Translations under genes and position numbers: made by a program
Notes under the pieces: model-generated
The model's database searches: none
What the model saw: the letters and a program-made list of their open reading frames with translations, nothing else
What the model was told of the DNA's origin: nothing
Shown here: one piece after another, positions 1 to 11,700 of the stretch
How positions within the stretch are numbered: position 1 is the first letter of the stretch
How the letters are laid out: the number at the start of each line of letters is the position of its first letter
NCBI GenBank assembly: GCA_039649115.1
Contig: JBBWZQ010000338.1
Location: 100 to 64,099, forward strand
Length of the DNA stretch: 64,000 bases
Direction of reading: 5' to 3'
Source of the DNA: Micromonosporaceae bacterium
GTDB lineage: Bacteria; Actinomycetota; Actinomycetes; Mycobacteriales; Micromonosporaceae

Positions 1-120
1 ACGCGGCCAACTGACCATGGACGCCTGACATCCGCCAGCCACGGGTACCGACATGGCGCCCGGCAACGCCGCCCGGACTCGTGATCGGCACGCTCATGGC
101 ACGAATCCGGGGGGAGGCGT

Positions 121-876
121 TCAGCTCCCGCCGCTCCGTCTGCCGTTCCGCTCGCGCAGCCAGCGCTCGAATTCGACGGCGACGATGCGCTCGTCGTGCA
201 CGCCGGCCGCGTCGTCGGACGCCAGCCAGACGATGGGCGGCCCCATCACCGCGGGCTCCAGGAACCCGTGGCCCTCAGGCACGGCGTCGAGGGGCAGCAT
301 TCCCGTCATGGTCGCACCGCCGGGCAGCAGCAGGTTGACGGTGACGCCTGTGTCCCGCAGGTCGGCGGCCATGACCCGGGACAGCGCCTCGCTGCCGGCA
401 CGCGACGGCCCGTAGGGGACGAACCCGGCCCGGTGCATGGTCGAGTTGCTCACCGAGATGTTGACGATGCGGCCGCCGCCAGCGGCCAGCATCCGTGGCG
501 TGACCTCGCGCGCCACCAGGAAGTAGCCGGTCAGATTGGTCTCGATCATGGCACGGAAACCGCCGACCGGCACCTCCCAGAAGCCCTGCGGGTGCGTCAT
601 GAAGCGCGGGTTGACCGTGCGCATGCCGATACCGGCGTTGTTCACCAGCATGTCGATGCCGCCGAGCCGCGACCACGCCTGATCGACCGCCGTTGCCACC
701 GACGACTCGTCTCGCGCGTCCAGCTCGACGCCGGTCGCCCCCGGCAGTTCGGCGGCGACCGAACTCGCCCGCTCGCCGGATCGGCCGGTCAGCGCGACCG
801 TCGCTCCCGCGGTGGCCAGGGCGGCGGCCATGGCGAGTCCCAGTCCGCTCGTCCCACCGGTCACGAGCACCTTCAT
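121..876 (-). CDS. Short-chain dehydrogenase/reductase (SDR) family oxidoreductase
   Basis: 251-aa track ORF. Has the N-terminal Rossmann motif VTGGTSGLG and an NNAG motif. The catalytic region is PYGPSRAG, an SDR YxxxK-like segment with R in place of K. Confidence 0.85.
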   Translation of the reverse strand: MKVLVTGGTSGLGLAMAAALATAGATVALTGRSGERASSVAAELPGATGVELDARDESSVATAVDQAWSRLGGIDMLVNNAGIGMRTVNPRFMTHPQGFWEVPVGGFRAMIETNLTGYFLVAREVTPRMLAAGGGRIVNISVSNSTMHRAGFVPYGPSRAGSEALSRVMAADLRDTGVTVNLLLPGGATMTGMLPLDAVPEGHGFLEPAVMGPPIVWLASDDAAGVHDERIVAVEFERWLRERNGRRSGGS

Positions 877-1240
877 CGGGATACCCCCTTCCTGTCAGGT
901 AGCGCTGGTCCGCGCCGCGGTGGCGCAGGGCATCGTGAAGCCGCCGCCCATCGCGTCGACGGCAGCCCCGACGCCCGCTCCGGCGGCACAGTGGGCATGC
1001 GGCTACCGTAGTGCCCTTCCCCGGCCCGCCTGCCGTTGAGGTCGTCAGCCAGGTCGTCTCGGTGCTGGAGCGGCGGTCCGAGATGGGCCTGCGACGGCGC
1101 CCGCCGGACGCGGCGGCCGGCCGCTACCCGGCCCGCCGCGCGGCCCGGCTCAGCCACCCAGGTCTTGACCACGGCCTGAATGCGGTCGTACGCCTGTGCC
1201 GGTACACGATCGTCCCGGCCCGGGTGCCGGTGCGGCCCGC

Positions 1241-3910
1241 TCAGCTGGTACGTACGCGCAGCGGCAGGGCGGACCGGGTCCACTTGCCGGCGCTGTCCCC
1301 GGCACTGACCGTGACCAGGTACGTGGTGTGCGGGCGCAGCCCGGTGAGCCGGTACGACGTGCCGGCCGTGGTCGAGGCCGTGTTGACCGGCGTGAACGGC
1401 GCGCCGCCCGGCACCGGTACCCCGTCGAGGTAGAGCCGGTACCCGACGAGCGCCCGGTCATCCCGGGCAGGTGTCCACCGCAGAGAGACGTCGGTCGGTC
1501 CGACCGCGGTCGCGGTCAGCCGGCCGCCCGGCGGCCAGGACGGGACCGCCCGGTCGTACGGCGGCGCGGTGACCGCCACCGGCCGCGCCGGATAGGTCGC
1601 GCGGTTGCCGGACGCGTCCACCGCGACGACGGTGAAGGTGTACCGGGTGCCGGGCCGCAGGCCGGTCGCGGTGAAAGTGAGCGTGTCACCCGGAACACCG
1701 CCGGCCGGCCGGCCGTTCGCCTCGACGAGGTACCGGCTGACGCCGTGGGTGCCGGTGGCCGGCTGCCAGGCCAGCCGCATCCAGGTGGTACCCACGCTGC
1801 CGGCGGTCACCCGCACCGCATCCGGTCCCGTCGGTACCACGGGTGGCACCGTCGCCACGGTGCCGCTGGTGCGCAGTACCACCGTCGGGCCGCGAACCCG
1901 GTTGCCGGTCGCGTCCGCGGCGACCGCGTGCAGCCGGTACCGCAACCCCGGGGACAGCCCGGTGAGCCGGTACTCGTACCCGGTGCCGGGTACGGTCGCC
2001 ACCGTGGTGTCCCCGTCCATGATGGAGTATGTGGCAACACCGGCGTTGTCCGTCGCGGGCGTCCAGCTGAGCGTCGCCGACACATCGTCCACACCAGACA
2101 CCGCAAGCCTGGCGTCCGGCCAGCGCGGGCCCTGCCCGGCGTCTGCCGTGGTCGCGCTGACCGTGGTGGTACCGCTGAAGACGAGGCCCGTGCTGTCGCT
2201 GATCGACCACGGGTCGGGCGTGGTCATGTACACCACGTCGTGGAACGACGCACCGGACAGGTACCGGATGCTGGCCGGCCGGGCGTGCAGGAAGCGCACG
2301 TCGGAAAGGCGCAGGTTGCCGTGGGCGGCGCCAGCCACTCCAAGCACGTTGATGGAGTCCCCGCCGGTACCGTCCACGGTGATGTGGGTGACCGTCACGT
2401 CGGTGAACCGCGCCTTGACCGGCGATGGCTCCACCACGATGGCCGCGCCCGGGTCGGAGTAGGCCGAGGTGAGGATGATGGCCTGCCTGGTGACCGCCTT
2501 GACCGCGGTGTCCCGGAACCGCACCCGCCGCGCGCCGCCGCCGTTGTTCGGGTCTGTCTTCATGCGCAGCGCCACGTCGGTGCCGTCGACGACGTTGTCC
2601 TCGGCCACGATGTCCTCGATCCAGGCGCCGGTGTGGCTGCCCGTGACCACCGCTCCGTGGCCGTGGCGGAAGTAGTTGCCGGCGATCCAGGCGTCCCGCG
2701 TGGGCGGGTCGGCCGCGGCGGCGGCGCCCAGCCCGGCGGCGAAGTTCATGCCGTCGTCGCCGGTGTCGAAGACGTTGTCGATCACGGTGAGCCCGGAGCC
2801 GTGCGCGAAGTCGATGCCGTCGCCGTTGTTGACGCCCTGGGTGAGCATCCGCACCCCCGCCACGGTCACGTTGTCGCTGTGCAGCAGCACGAGGTCGTGC
2901 TGGGCCGGGTTGACCGCGGTGAAGCCGCCGAGGTAGACGTTGCGCACCCCGCGCAGCGTGATCAGGTTGGACCGGGTGCCGTACGGGGAGGCGCTGCCGA
3001 ACTGGCGGGCCAGAGCGGTCTGCGAGCGGGCCAGGATCCCGTTGGTGTCCACCGTGGAGGAACTGCTGGGCAGCGCGACCGGGAAGCCGTCGGCGTCCGG
3101 CGGGCCCTGCCGCCAGCCGTTGCCGTCGATGGTGCCGGCGCCCACGACGCGGATGTCGTGCAGCGTGCCGTAGTCGTAGGTGTGCGCGTTGATGAGCGAG
3201 AAGAATCGCTGGTCGGTGGAGTAGTCGTAGAGCCGGAACCCGTACGGGTAGTCGGCCGCTTCCGGCGAGCCGAGCAGCGTCGCGCCGGCGGCCACCGCCA
3301 GCGTCATCTCGCTCTTGAGCCAGAGGGCGCCGGTCAGGAACGTCCCGGCCGGCACGAGTACCGTGCCCCCCGGGCTGCACGCGTCGATGGCCGCCTGGAT
3401 CGCGGCCGTGTCCGGGGTGCTGCCGTCACCGACCGCCCCGAAGTCCCGCACGTTGAAGACACGGGAAACCGCGCTGGTCCACCGGGTCACCGGCGCGCTG
3501 TCCCGCGACTCCCGCCCGACCACGTCCACCGAGCGCACGGTGAACGTGTACCGGTGCCGAGGCCGCAACCCGGTCGCGGTGAACGTGGCCGGCAGTACCC
3601 GTACCTGCGAGGCGTTGGCCGGATCGGCGGCGAACGCGTCGAGGTACGGCTCGGCCGGGGAGCCGCTGCCCGCCCGCACACTGCCCGCCAGCCGGCCGTC
3701 CCGGTACACGTGGTAGTCCACGACGTCCGCGTGCTCCCGGGGTTTCTCCCAGACCAGCGTGATGCTCGCCGCGTCGTAGGCGAGGGCGGGCACGCGCAGG
3801 CCGACCGGAGCCGCCGGAGCGGGGGTCGCGCCAGCGGCCGGCGGTGCGCCGGCGAGGCCGACGCTCAGCGTGGCCAGAATCGCGAAGACCGGCATGCGCC
3901 ACGGCACCAT
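1241..3910 (-). CDS. Secreted GH28-like (polygalacturonase / pectin-lyase-fold) glycoside hydrolase with one N-terminal and several C-terminal fibronectin type III repeats
   Basis: 889-aa ORF with a signal-peptide-like N-terminus (MPVFAILATLSVGLAGAPPAAGA). GH28 motif series is present: NNGDGID, GDDGMNF, GHG, ALRMKT. Repeated FN3-like blocks are visible (LSWTPATDNAGV..Y, LRWTPARDDRALVGY). Confidence 0.8.
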   Translation of the reverse strand: MVPWRMPVFAILATLSVGLAGAPPAAGATPAPAAPVGLRVPALAYDAASITLVWEKPREHADVVDYHVYRDGRLAGSVRAGSGSPAEPYLDAFAADPANASQVRVLPATFTATGLRPRHRYTFTVRSVDVVGRESRDSAPVTRWTSAVSRVFNVRDFGAVGDGSTPDTAAIQAAIDACSPGGTVLVPAGTFLTGALWLKSEMTLAVAAGATLLGSPEAADYPYGFRLYDYSTDQRFFSLINAHTYDYGTLHDIRVVGAGTIDGNGWRQGPPDADGFPVALPSSSSTVDTNGILARSQTALARQFGSASPYGTRSNLITLRGVRNVYLGGFTAVNPAQHDLVLLHSDNVTVAGVRMLTQGVNNGDGIDFAHGSGLTVIDNVFDTGDDGMNFAAGLGAAAAADPPTRDAWIAGNYFRHGHGAVVTGSHTGAWIEDIVAEDNVVDGTDVALRMKTDPNNGGGARRVRFRDTAVKAVTRQAIILTSAYSDPGAAIVVEPSPVKARFTDVTVTHITVDGTGGDSINVLGVAGAAHGNLRLSDVRFLHARPASIRYLSGASFHDVVYMTTPDPWSISDSTGLVFSGTTTVSATTADAGQGPRWPDARLAVSGVDDVSATLSWTPATDNAGVATYSIMDGDTTVATVPGTGYEYRLTGLSPGLRYRLHAVAADATGNRVRGPTVVLRTSGTVATVPPVVPTGPDAVRVTAGSVGTTWMRLAWQPATGTHGVSRYLVEANGRPAGGVPGDTLTFTATGLRPGTRYTFTVVAVDASGNRATYPARPVAVTAPPYDRAVPSWPPGGRLTATAVGPTDVSLRWTPARDDRALVGYRLYLDGVPVPGGAPFTPVNTASTTAGTSYRLTGLRPHTTYLVTVSAGDSAGKWTRSALPLRVRTS

Positions 3911-3925
3911 GGTGTCACCATCCTA

Positions 3926-3940
3926 GGCAAGCGCTTTCCC
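3926..3940. promoter_or_regulatory. Imperfect palindrome GGCAAGCGCTTTCCC in the divergent GH28 / mannanase intergenic region (LacI-type operator-like)
   Basis: The half-sites GGCAAGC / GCTTTCC are reverse complements with one mismatch around a central CG. It lies between two divergent glycoside hydrolase genes. Confidence 0.25.
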
Positions 3941-4257
3941 AGACCAGATTGGTGGAGGTCGATAGATTTGTCAACCCGCATGATCACCGCCTGCTACCCA
4001 CGCGGCACGACCGGTGCGTCCTATGTGGACGGGCGTGACCCCGCCACAGACCCCGACCAAATGGGCCAATGGATGGGGCCCGCTCCACTCGGCCGCACCT
4101 TGACAGCGGGCGGCACATCGAGTTACTTATAGCGTTGAGGCGCCGTGTCGCGGGCAACGCCACGGCGGTACCGCCCACCCACACCGAACGACGTGCCCTG
4201 AAGAACAGGTCCGGGCCGGTGCACCGTTTCGGGGAGTAGCGCCAGGAGGCGACCCCC

Positions 4258-5877
4258 ATGCACGCCCATTTGCGGGTACCTGATCACCAACACCCCCGGC
4301 GCCGCGCGCTGATGCTCACCCTGGCGACGGCGGTCGCGGCGCTCGCCGCGGTCGTCGCGGTCCCCTCGATCAAAGCATCCGCGGCCGCGGCAGACTTCGT
4401 GCAGCGCTGCGGCATCCACTTCTGCCTGGGCGGCCGCGCCTACTACGTCGCCGGCGCCAACGACTACGACGTGTTCACCTACGGCGGCAGCTTCGGCGAC
4501 ACCGAAACACAGTGGATGGACAAGGCGCGTATCGACAACCACATGGCGGAGATGGCCGGCGACGGTGTCACCGTGCTGCGCACGTGGATGTTCGACCACG
4601 AGGCCTGGCACGGCTTCGAGCCGACCAAGGGCGTGTACAGCGAACAGCAGTTCGCCGAATTCGACTACATCCTCTACTCGGCCGCCCAGCACAACATCCG
4701 GGTCATCCCGGTCTTCGAAAACTACTGGGAGGCCTACGGTGGGATCGACACCCGGCTGTCATGGGAGGGGCTGGCCACCGGGCAGGCCAACCGGTGGCGG
4801 TTCTTCAACCAGGCGGCCTGCCCGGGCTGCTTCACCCAGTACAAGAACTATGTCAACTACGCGCTCAACCGCGTCAACCACTACACCGGCGTGAAGTACC
4901 GGGACGACCCCGCCATCTTCGCCTGGGAGCTGATGAACGAGCCCAGGTACGAGGGGCAGGGTACGGCCGAGAGTGTCAACGGAACGACGCTACGCGCGTG
5001 GGTGGACACCATGGGCGCGTACCTCAAGGGCATCGACGGCAATCACCTGCTCGACGCCGGCCTGGAAGGGCACGGCACCAAGTACGGCTTCGGCGGCGAC
5101 GAGGGCAACCCGTTCGTCGCGATCCAGCAGTCGCCCTACGTCGACTTCACCTCGGCGCACCCGTACCCGAACGAGGGCTGGGCCAACCTGTCGCTGACCC
5201 AGACCATCGCGCTGATCAACGCATGGCTGTCCGACGCCCACGGGGTGGTCGGCAAGCCGTTCTTCATGGGTGAGTTCAACACCCAGGGCGTGGACCGCAG
5301 CACCTGGTGGACCTCGATCTTCGACGATCTGCAGAGCCAGGACGCGGATGGCAGCGCCTTCTGGTGGTTCCCGGACGCGCAGGCCGGCGGGGACAACTAC
5401 AGCGTCAAGCACGGGGCACCGGAGCTGTCCGTATTCAAGGCGCACTCGGCTTTCATGCAGAACAAGAGCGGCGGCAACCCGCCCGTGTCGACCAGCCCCT
5501 CGGCGTCGCGACCGGCGAGCCCGCCGGCGTCGGCCTCGGCCAGCCCGTCCGCCGGCGCCAGCGCGTGCGCGGTGGGGTACACCCTCAACGACTGGGGCAG
5601 CGGCTTCACGGCCACCGTCACGGTCACGAACAACGGATCCACGACCATCAGCGGCTGGACGCTGGCCTGGACGTTCTCCGGCAACCAGGCGGTCAGCAAC
5701 GCGTGGAACGCCACGGTGACCCAGTCCGGACAACGCGTCAGCGCGACCGGCATGCCCTACAACGCGACCATTCCCGTGCACGGCAACGCGCAGTTCGGCT
5801 TCCAGGCGTCCTACAGCGGCACGAACGCGGCACCGGCGCAGTTCACCCTCAACGGAAGCACCTGCACCGGGACGTGA
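4258..5877 (+). CDS. Secreted GH5 endo-beta-1,4-mannanase-like enzyme with C-terminal CBM2
   Basis: 539-aa ORF with a signal-like N-terminus (LMLTLATAVAALAAVVAVPS). GH5 acid/base motif WELMNEPR and nucleophile motif FFMGEFN are present. A Pro/Ser/Ala linker precedes a CBM2 block (CAVGYTLNDWGSGFTATVTVTN...FTLNGSTC). Confidence 0.85.
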   Translation: MHAHLRVPDHQHPRRRALMLTLATAVAALAAVVAVPSIKASAAAADFVQRCGIHFCLGGRAYYVAGANDYDVFTYGGSFGDTETQWMDKARIDNHMAEMAGDGVTVLRTWMFDHEAWHGFEPTKGVYSEQQFAEFDYILYSAAQHNIRVIPVFENYWEAYGGIDTRLSWEGLATGQANRWRFFNQAACPGCFTQYKNYVNYALNRVNHYTGVKYRDDPAIFAWELMNEPRYEGQGTAESVNGTTLRAWVDTMGAYLKGIDGNHLLDAGLEGHGTKYGFGGDEGNPFVAIQQSPYVDFTSAHPYPNEGWANLSLTQTIALINAWLSDAHGVVGKPFFMGEFNTQGVDRSTWWTSIFDDLQSQDADGSAFWWFPDAQAGGDNYSVKHGAPELSVFKAHSAFMQNKSGGNPPVSTSPSASRPASPPASASASPSAGASACAVGYTLNDWGSGFTATVTVTNNGSTTISGWTLAWTFSGNQAVSNAWNATVTQSGQRVSATGMPYNATIPVHGNAQFGFQASYSGTNAAPAQFTLNGSTCTGT

Positions 5878-5990
5878 CGCTGCCAGGCCCACCACCACCT
5901 TCCTCACGGAGGCACGTGCCTGCGACCGCAATGGGATCGTCGCCCACACCCTCTGGGCATCCCCTGAGCCGCACCTGGATGGGGAGTGGG

Positions 5991-8633
5991 TCAGGCGATC
6001 GTGCAGGCGCCACCGTTGAGGGTGAACAGGCCAGGCGCCGGGTTGGCCCCAGTTCCGGTGGCGGTGAAGCCGACGGTGGTCGAGGCGCCCGGGTTGAGCC
6101 GCGGGTGGGCACGTGTGTTGCCCAGGGTCACCACCGCGCCGGTCTGGGTCACGGTCGCCCCGGAGGCGGCGGTGACCCGCTGGTCGGCGAGGAACGCGAA
6201 GCGCAACGCCCACCCGTTGACGGGCGTGCCCCCGGTGTTGACGAGTGTGATCCGGCCCGCGAACGCGCCCCCCGGAGACGTGGCGCTGCGGGTGTAGCGC
6301 ACCTGGCAGTCCCCGGGCGCGGGCGACCGGCCGTCGCCCTGGTCGGCCTGGAATGAGGCCATCCAGGCCAGCGCGGACTGGTAATTGATGGCCACCTCGT
6401 TCGTCGAGTACGACTGGATGTTGTCGATGTAGCAGAACATCGGCTTGCATCCGTCGAGCAGTTGCACGGCGTACGGGTCGAACAGGCTCGCGTTGGCGCC
6501 ACCGGTGGTGGCTCCCGGGGGCGGACCGGGCAGGTTCGGGTCGAGGTCGCGCGCGAAGATCCGGCCGTGCTGGTGTTCGGTGGCCTTCTCCCCCCAGCCG
6601 GTCACGTACGACTGGTTGAGCGCGTTGCGGCCGAAGATGTAGTCCATGCCCTGTAGGGCGGCGTCGCGGTAGGCCAGGTTGCCGGTGAGGTCGTAGGCTG
6701 TCGCGAGCACCACGCCGTTGTTCATGATGTTGCTGTTGGAGCCCCAGAAATACGCCCACGGCGCGCCCGGCAGGGGCAGCCCGTACGCCTGCCCGCCCAG
6801 CAACTGCAGGTACCCGTCGGCGGCGGTGACGACCGACTGCCGCACCCGTTGGCGCTCTGCAGTGGACAGTCCACTGGGGACGGTAGCGAGGTCGAGCCGG
6901 CCCAGCGCGGCCGTGTGCAGCCAGCCGAACCCGGTCGGGTCGAACACGTCGCCGGTCTGGTGCGGCGAGACGCTCAGGTCGCTCAGGTACTGCGTCTCAC
7001 CGGTGGTCAGGTACAGCTCGACGGCCGCCCAGTAGAACTCGTCGGTGGCGTCGCCGTCGGCGTAGCTGCCCCCGCCGACGCTGTCCGACTCCGGAGCGTA
7101 CAGGCTCGGGTGCGCCTTGGCCGCGGCGTACGCGGTGCGCGCCGACGCCAGGCAACGACGCGCGAAGGCCGCGTCGTACGGGGCCAGCACGCGGCCGCAC
7201 TGTGCGCCGACAGCGGCGAGATTGAGCGTGGCCGCCGTGGTCGGCGGGTGCAGCTCGCGGAGCTCGGGGTCGTTGTGCGGGAGCACCGGCAGCGCGGTCC
7301 AGTCGCGGTCGTGAATCTTGTGGTGGGCCATGCCGGCCAGCGGCTGGCCGGCCGGGACCTGCATGCGCAGCAGGAAGTCCAGCTCCCACCGGGCTTCGTC
7401 GAGGATGTCCGGCACGCCGTTGCCCCGCTCGGGTACCCGTAGCGAGCCGTCGCCGAGCGCGGCGCCGAAGTTGCCGGTGACCGCGGTCCTGGTCCGCTCG
7501 AGGATGTTGAGCAGCTGGTACGCCGTGATGCCGCCGTTGATGACGTACTTGCCCTGGTCGCCCGCGTCGTACCAACCGCCGCGCACGTCCAGCCGGTAGT
7601 CGCAGGTGCCCGGCTGGCAGGGCACGCTGGTGTCGCCGGTGTTGGGGTCCACGCCCAGGTGCCCGGCCGGCCGGGCGTACTGCTGGCCGACCAGGTTGGC
7701 GTCGATGGCGATGCCGCTGCGCTGCAGGTAGAAGAACAACAGCGAGTCGGAGCGGAGTGGACGGTACACGTCGCCGGTGAGGTCGAACGGGTAGCTGGTC
7801 TGCCCGTCGGCGACCAGCGTGTACCCGGTGCCCGGCTGGGTGAAGGCGCTGAAGTCGATCGTGTGCACGTGCTGGCCGGACGCCTCGTCGACGCCGCGCG
7901 GGGTGGACTGCCCGGCCGCGACGACCTGACCGGCGGCGTCGCGCAACTGCCACGGCAGCGCACCGGTCGCGTCTGTCACCAGCGTCGCGTTCTTCGGTCC
8001 GCGGGGCAGGTAGCCCACCTGGTTGACACGCACCCGCGGCCCGGTGTCCGGGACGTACCGCGGCCGCTGCACACCGCCGGCCAGCGAGACGTCGTCGAGG
8101 CAGACCGTGCTCTCGACCTGCGCGCCGCCGATCTGGAAGGCGAGCTGGCCGCGATCGGTACCCAGGCCGGAGGTGAACGTGTAGGTGTACGTCGCGGGCC
8201 CGGCGGCGACAGCCGGCCGGTCCTCGAACGTCGAGGTGTACGGCGCATCGGCCGACTGCACGACGACCCGGATCGGCAGCGGCGCGCTCGCCCGGGCGCG
8301 GAAGGTGAGCGTGTAGGCCGAGCCGGCCACGAGCGGCAGGTCCTGCACCACGCCCGCGTCCCACGCGTTGGCCAGGCCGCCCGGCACCAGCGCGCACCCC
8401 TCCCCGTCGACCACGCCGAACGAGGTGGTCGCGTATGCCGACCAGCTCGCGGTGCCGCGGTCGAAGTGTCCGTTGACGACCTGCTCGGGGCCGGCCGGAT
8501 CGGCATGGGCGGCACCCGGGCCGGCCAGGGCAACCGCGAGGGCGGCGGCCGCGGTGCCCGGGATGACCCGGCCCGGTCGGCGCAGGCGACGGCGCGCCGC
8601 GAAGCCATGCGGCGTCATCGGACGGTGTGGCAT
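5991..8633 (-). CDS. Secreted GH9 endoglucanase (CBM4_9 - Ig-like - GH9 - CBM2)
   Basis: GH9 signatures [21 protein letters not shown] and [11 protein letters not shown] are present. The C-terminal CBM2 reads CQVRYTRSA...FTLNGGAC. I prefer the ATG at 8633 ([10 protein letters not shown]... followed by a signal peptide, with a GGGGAAGG SD-like element upstream) over the track start at 8795. Confidence 0.85.
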   Translation of the reverse strand: MPHRPMTPHGFAARRRLRRPGRVIPGTAAAALAVALAGPGAAHADPAGPEQVVNGHFDRGTASWSAYATTSFGVVDGEGCALVPGGLANAWDAGVVQDLPLVAGSAYTLTFRARASAPLPIRVVVQSADAPYTSTFEDRPAVAAGPATYTYTFTSGLGTDRGQLAFQIGGAQVESTVCLDDVSLAGGVQRPRYVPDTGPRVRVNQVGYLPRGPKNATLVTDATGALPWQLRDAAGQVVAAGQSTPRGVDEASGQHVHTIDFSAFTQPGTGYTLVADGQTSYPFDLTGDVYRPLRSDSLLFFYLQRSGIAIDANLVGQQYARPAGHLGVDPNTGDTSVPCQPGTCDYRLDVRGGWYDAGDQGKYVINGGITAYQLLNILERTRTAVTGNFGAALGDGSLRVPERGNGVPDILDEARWELDFLLRMQVPAGQPLAGMAHHKIHDRDWTALPVLPHNDPELRELHPPTTAATLNLAAVGAQCGRVLAPYDAAFARRCLASARTAYAAAKAHPSLYAPESDSVGGGSYADGDATDEFYWAAVELYLTTGETQYLSDLSVSPHQTGDVFDPTGFGWLHTAALGRLDLATVPSGLSTAERQRVRQSVVTAADGYLQLLGGQAYGLPLPGAPWAYFWGSNSNIMNNGVVLATAYDLTGNLAYRDAALQGMDYIFGRNALNQSYVTGWGEKATEHQHGRIFARDLDPNLPGPPPGATTGGANASLFDPYAVQLLDGCKPMFCYIDNIQSYSTNEVAINYQSALAWMASFQADQGDGRSPAPGDCQVRYTRSATSPGGAFAGRITLVNTGGTPVNGWALRFAFLADQRVTAASGATVTQTGAVVTLGNTRAHPRLNPGASTTVGFTATGTGANPAPGLFTLNGGACTIA

Positions 8634-8727
8634 CTGGGTTACCTTCCCCACGGCGGGCGGTCTGGCGTCAATGGCGACGCCCGGTCCGCCGACACCCTCG
8701 ACGAGCAGGCTATCGAAAGAAGTCGCT

Positions 8728-8745
8728 CGGGACACCGTTGTCCCG
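8728..8745. promoter_or_regulatory. 18-bp near-palindrome CGGGACACCGTTGTCCCG upstream of the GH9 gene and downstream of the SARP gene (operator or terminator hairpin)
   Basis: 7-bp perfect arms CGGGACA / TGTCCCG with a 4-nt centre. It sits about 95 nt upstream of the 8633 start and about 50 nt downstream of the SARP stop. Confidence 0.3.
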
Positions 8746-8791
8746 TGTGTTGACGGGCCACGCAGGTGGCTCGTCGGGTTCGCGATGGAGC

Positions 8792-11700
8792 TCATCCAGT
8801 TCGGGGGTGTTCATGGTGGGCGACGAGGTTGTTGGCCGTACGCCAATGGGACCGTGCCTCGGCGACGTCGCCGAGGTCGCGTCGCGCGTTGCCGAGAATC
8901 GTCAACGCGCGCGCCTCACCTGGGCGGTAGCCAGTCTCGCGGTGGATGGCCACCGCCGCCTCGGCGGTGGTCGCGGCCTTGCCAGGGTCGCCCAGTGCGC
9001 GGTGGATGTCGCAGAGCACGGTCAACGCCTGACCTTCCAACACCCGGAAGCCGGGTGCGCGGACACGGTCGAGGGCGTGCTGGACGTGCTGGAGGGCGTC
9101 CTGATCGCTGCCCATGTTGTGGTGCGTGATGGCCAGACCGATGTGGGTTTCGGCGATGCCGTACGGGAACTGGAAGTTGCGAGCAGTACCGAGCGCAGTC
9201 TGGTGCAGGTGAAGGGCGGCGGCGCAGTCGCCCTGACCTCGTCGAACCGCGGCCAGGGCGTTGAGCACCTTGATCTCGGCCTCCGCATCGGGTGCACCCC
9301 TGACCGCGTCGAGTGCGGCCTGCGCGCAGTCGGCGGCCTGACAAAGGCGGCCGGCGTCGAGATGCAGGCACGCGAGAAGGCTCAGCGCGGACGCCTCACC
9401 GGAGCGCATGCCCGCGTCCCGGTACTTCAGCAGCGCCTCCGTGATCAGCCCAGCGGCTCTGCCCGGCCACCCCTGAAGGCGGTACACCCGGCCGAGGTTG
9501 TTCAGGCCCGCCGCCTCGGTGGCCAGCGGACCGATCTCGCGGTACTGCGCCAGCGCGTCGGTGAAGCAGCCGGTGGCCTCCCGCAGCCGCCCGGCCTCCT
9601 CGTGCGCGCAGCCGAGATTCGTCAGCGGCGCCGGGCACAGCTGATCGATCCGCCGACGGTGTGCGATCGACTGGGAGAACATCTCGACCGCTTCGTCGAG
9701 CTGGCCGGCATGCCGGTAGGTGAGGCCGAGATCGTCGAGTGAGCAGGCAAGCCCTTCCACCCAACCGTCCTGCCGGCTGATACGCAGCGCATGGTTGAAA
9801 TGTTCGAGGGCGTCGCGATGGCGGCCCATGTGGAAACGGGCGATGCCGAGGCAGCGGTGGGCGGCGGCCATCGGGCGCTGCTCCGCTTCCGCGGTCGCGG
9901 CGCTCAGTCCCGCCTCGGCGATCGCCAACCAGTCGACGATCGGCATCCGCCGGATCATGTAGCCGCGCAGGGAATCGGCTATCAGCCACGCCACATGTCG
10001 CGGGCCGTGTTGCGCCGCGGCGATGCACACGGCGACCAGGTTGGGGCGTTCGGCGTCGAGCCAGTTCGAGGCTTGGCGGTGATCGGCGAAGCGCGGGAGG
10101 GCCAGAGTGGAAGGCGCAAGGGGTATCGGTAGCCGCAGCCGCGGCGTGTACAACTGTCCGGCGGCGGCGGCGCCGTGCAGGTACCAGTCGCAAAGGCGGG
10201 CCATCGCCGCCTGCCGCTGGGCTTGGGGTTCCTGGCGATGGGCGCGCTGGCGGGCAAACAGACGAAGCAGGTCATGGAAGGTGTAACGGCCAGCTGGCTG
10301 CTCCTGGATGAGGTGGGCGGCCGCCAGCCGGTCGAGCAGACCAGCGGCCTCGTCGCGGGTGATCGCGGCCAGCGCCGCGGCCGCGTCGACGGTGACGTCC
10401 GGTCCGGGAACCAGCCCGAGCAGCCGGAACAGCCGCTGCGCCGCAGCCGGCACCGTGCGGTAGGACAGGTGGAACGTGGCAGCGACCGCGGTCTGCCGGT
10501 CACCATCGGCCACGAGCGCGGCGAGCCGGTTGCCTTCGCGAAGCCTGTCGACCTGGTCGCCGATGCCGAGTTGGACCCGGTCGACGAGGTTGGCCGCCGC
10601 TACCCGCAACGCGAGCGGCAGATGCGCGCACAGGCGCGCGAGCTCCGCGGCGGCCTCCGGCTCGGCCCGCACCCGGACATCGCCGAGGATCCGGGTGAGC
10701 AGCACCAGCGCCTCGCCGGCGGTGAGCACGTCCAGGGTGAGACGGCGGGCGCCGTCCCGGGCCACCAGGCCGCTGAGCCGATCGCGGCTGGTAACGAGCA
10801 CGAGGCAACCGGGACTGCCGGGCAGCAGCGGGCGGACCTGTTCCGCCGAGCGGGCGTTGTCCAGCAGCACCAACATCCGTTTACCGGCCAGCACGGAGCG
10901 GTACAACGCGGCCGCGTCAGCCTGCGCCGCGGGCACCTGCTCCGGTGGCACGCCCAGCGAACGCAACAACGTCGAAAGCGCCTGGACCGGCCGCAGCGGC
11001 GCACCCGACGCGTACCCGCGCAGGTTGATGTACAGCTGCCCGTCGGGAAACCCGTGCACGACCCGGTGCGCCCAGTGCACCGCCAGGGCTGTCTTGCCCA
11101 CGCCGCCGGTCCCGGTGATCGCCGAGACCACCAACGGCACCGCGGCCGCCGCCGGTCCGTCCGGCAGCATCTCGTCCAACGCCCGCAGCGCGTCAACGCG
11201 GCCGGCAAAGCCGGACACGTCCGCCGGCAACTCGCGCGGCAGCTGCGGCCTCGGCTCTGGCGGCTTCACCGCAAGCACACCCGCCACGCCCAACTCATGC
11301 AGGTCCGCGGCGGCGATCTGGGTGAGACGCCCATCGCCCTGCAACATCACCTCGTGCAGCCGCTGCAGTTGCGCCGTCGGCTCCACGCCAAGCTGGTCGA
11401 CGAGCTGCGCGCGGGTGCTGCGGAACGTCTCCAACGCCTCCACCTGGCGGCCGGCACGGTACAACGCCAACATCAACAGCGCCCGGATCCGCTCGCGGTA
11501 CGGATGAGCGCTCGCGAACCCACGCAGCTCCGCCACCAACTCGGCGTGACAGCCGATGTCCAGCTCCGCGGCGAAACAATCCTCCAGAGTCAGCAGCCGC
11601 AACTCCTCAAGATCCCCGCACACGAGATCCCGGAACCGGTCGGTGGCGATGTCCGCGAGCGCCGGCCCACGCCACAAGGCCAACGCGCCGCGCAGCAACG

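Noticed and set aside
1196-4132. 978-aa plus-strand ORF opposite the GH28 gene, and similar long ORFs elsewhere (for example 1686..3380, 4990..6759, 6997..8397, 10175..12064, 14705..16243, 16814..18757, 40565..42742, 42165..43775, 53566..55530, 55212..57200, 57483..59021).
   Set aside because: Their products are extreme Arg/Pro/Gly/Ala low-complexity sequence with no motifs. They lie antisense or out of frame to ORFs with clear family signatures. These are typical shadow ORFs of high-GC DNA.
8634-8795. Track N-terminal extension of the GH9 gene ([13 protein letters not shown]...), and similar extensions of the SRPBCC, both methyltransferase, DinB-like, cupin-like, pmbA, unbL and SARP-2 ORFs.
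   Set aside because: Internal starts give canonical N-termini (a signal peptide or the family start) and have SD sequences. The extensions lack coding character. The longer starts cannot be fully excluded.
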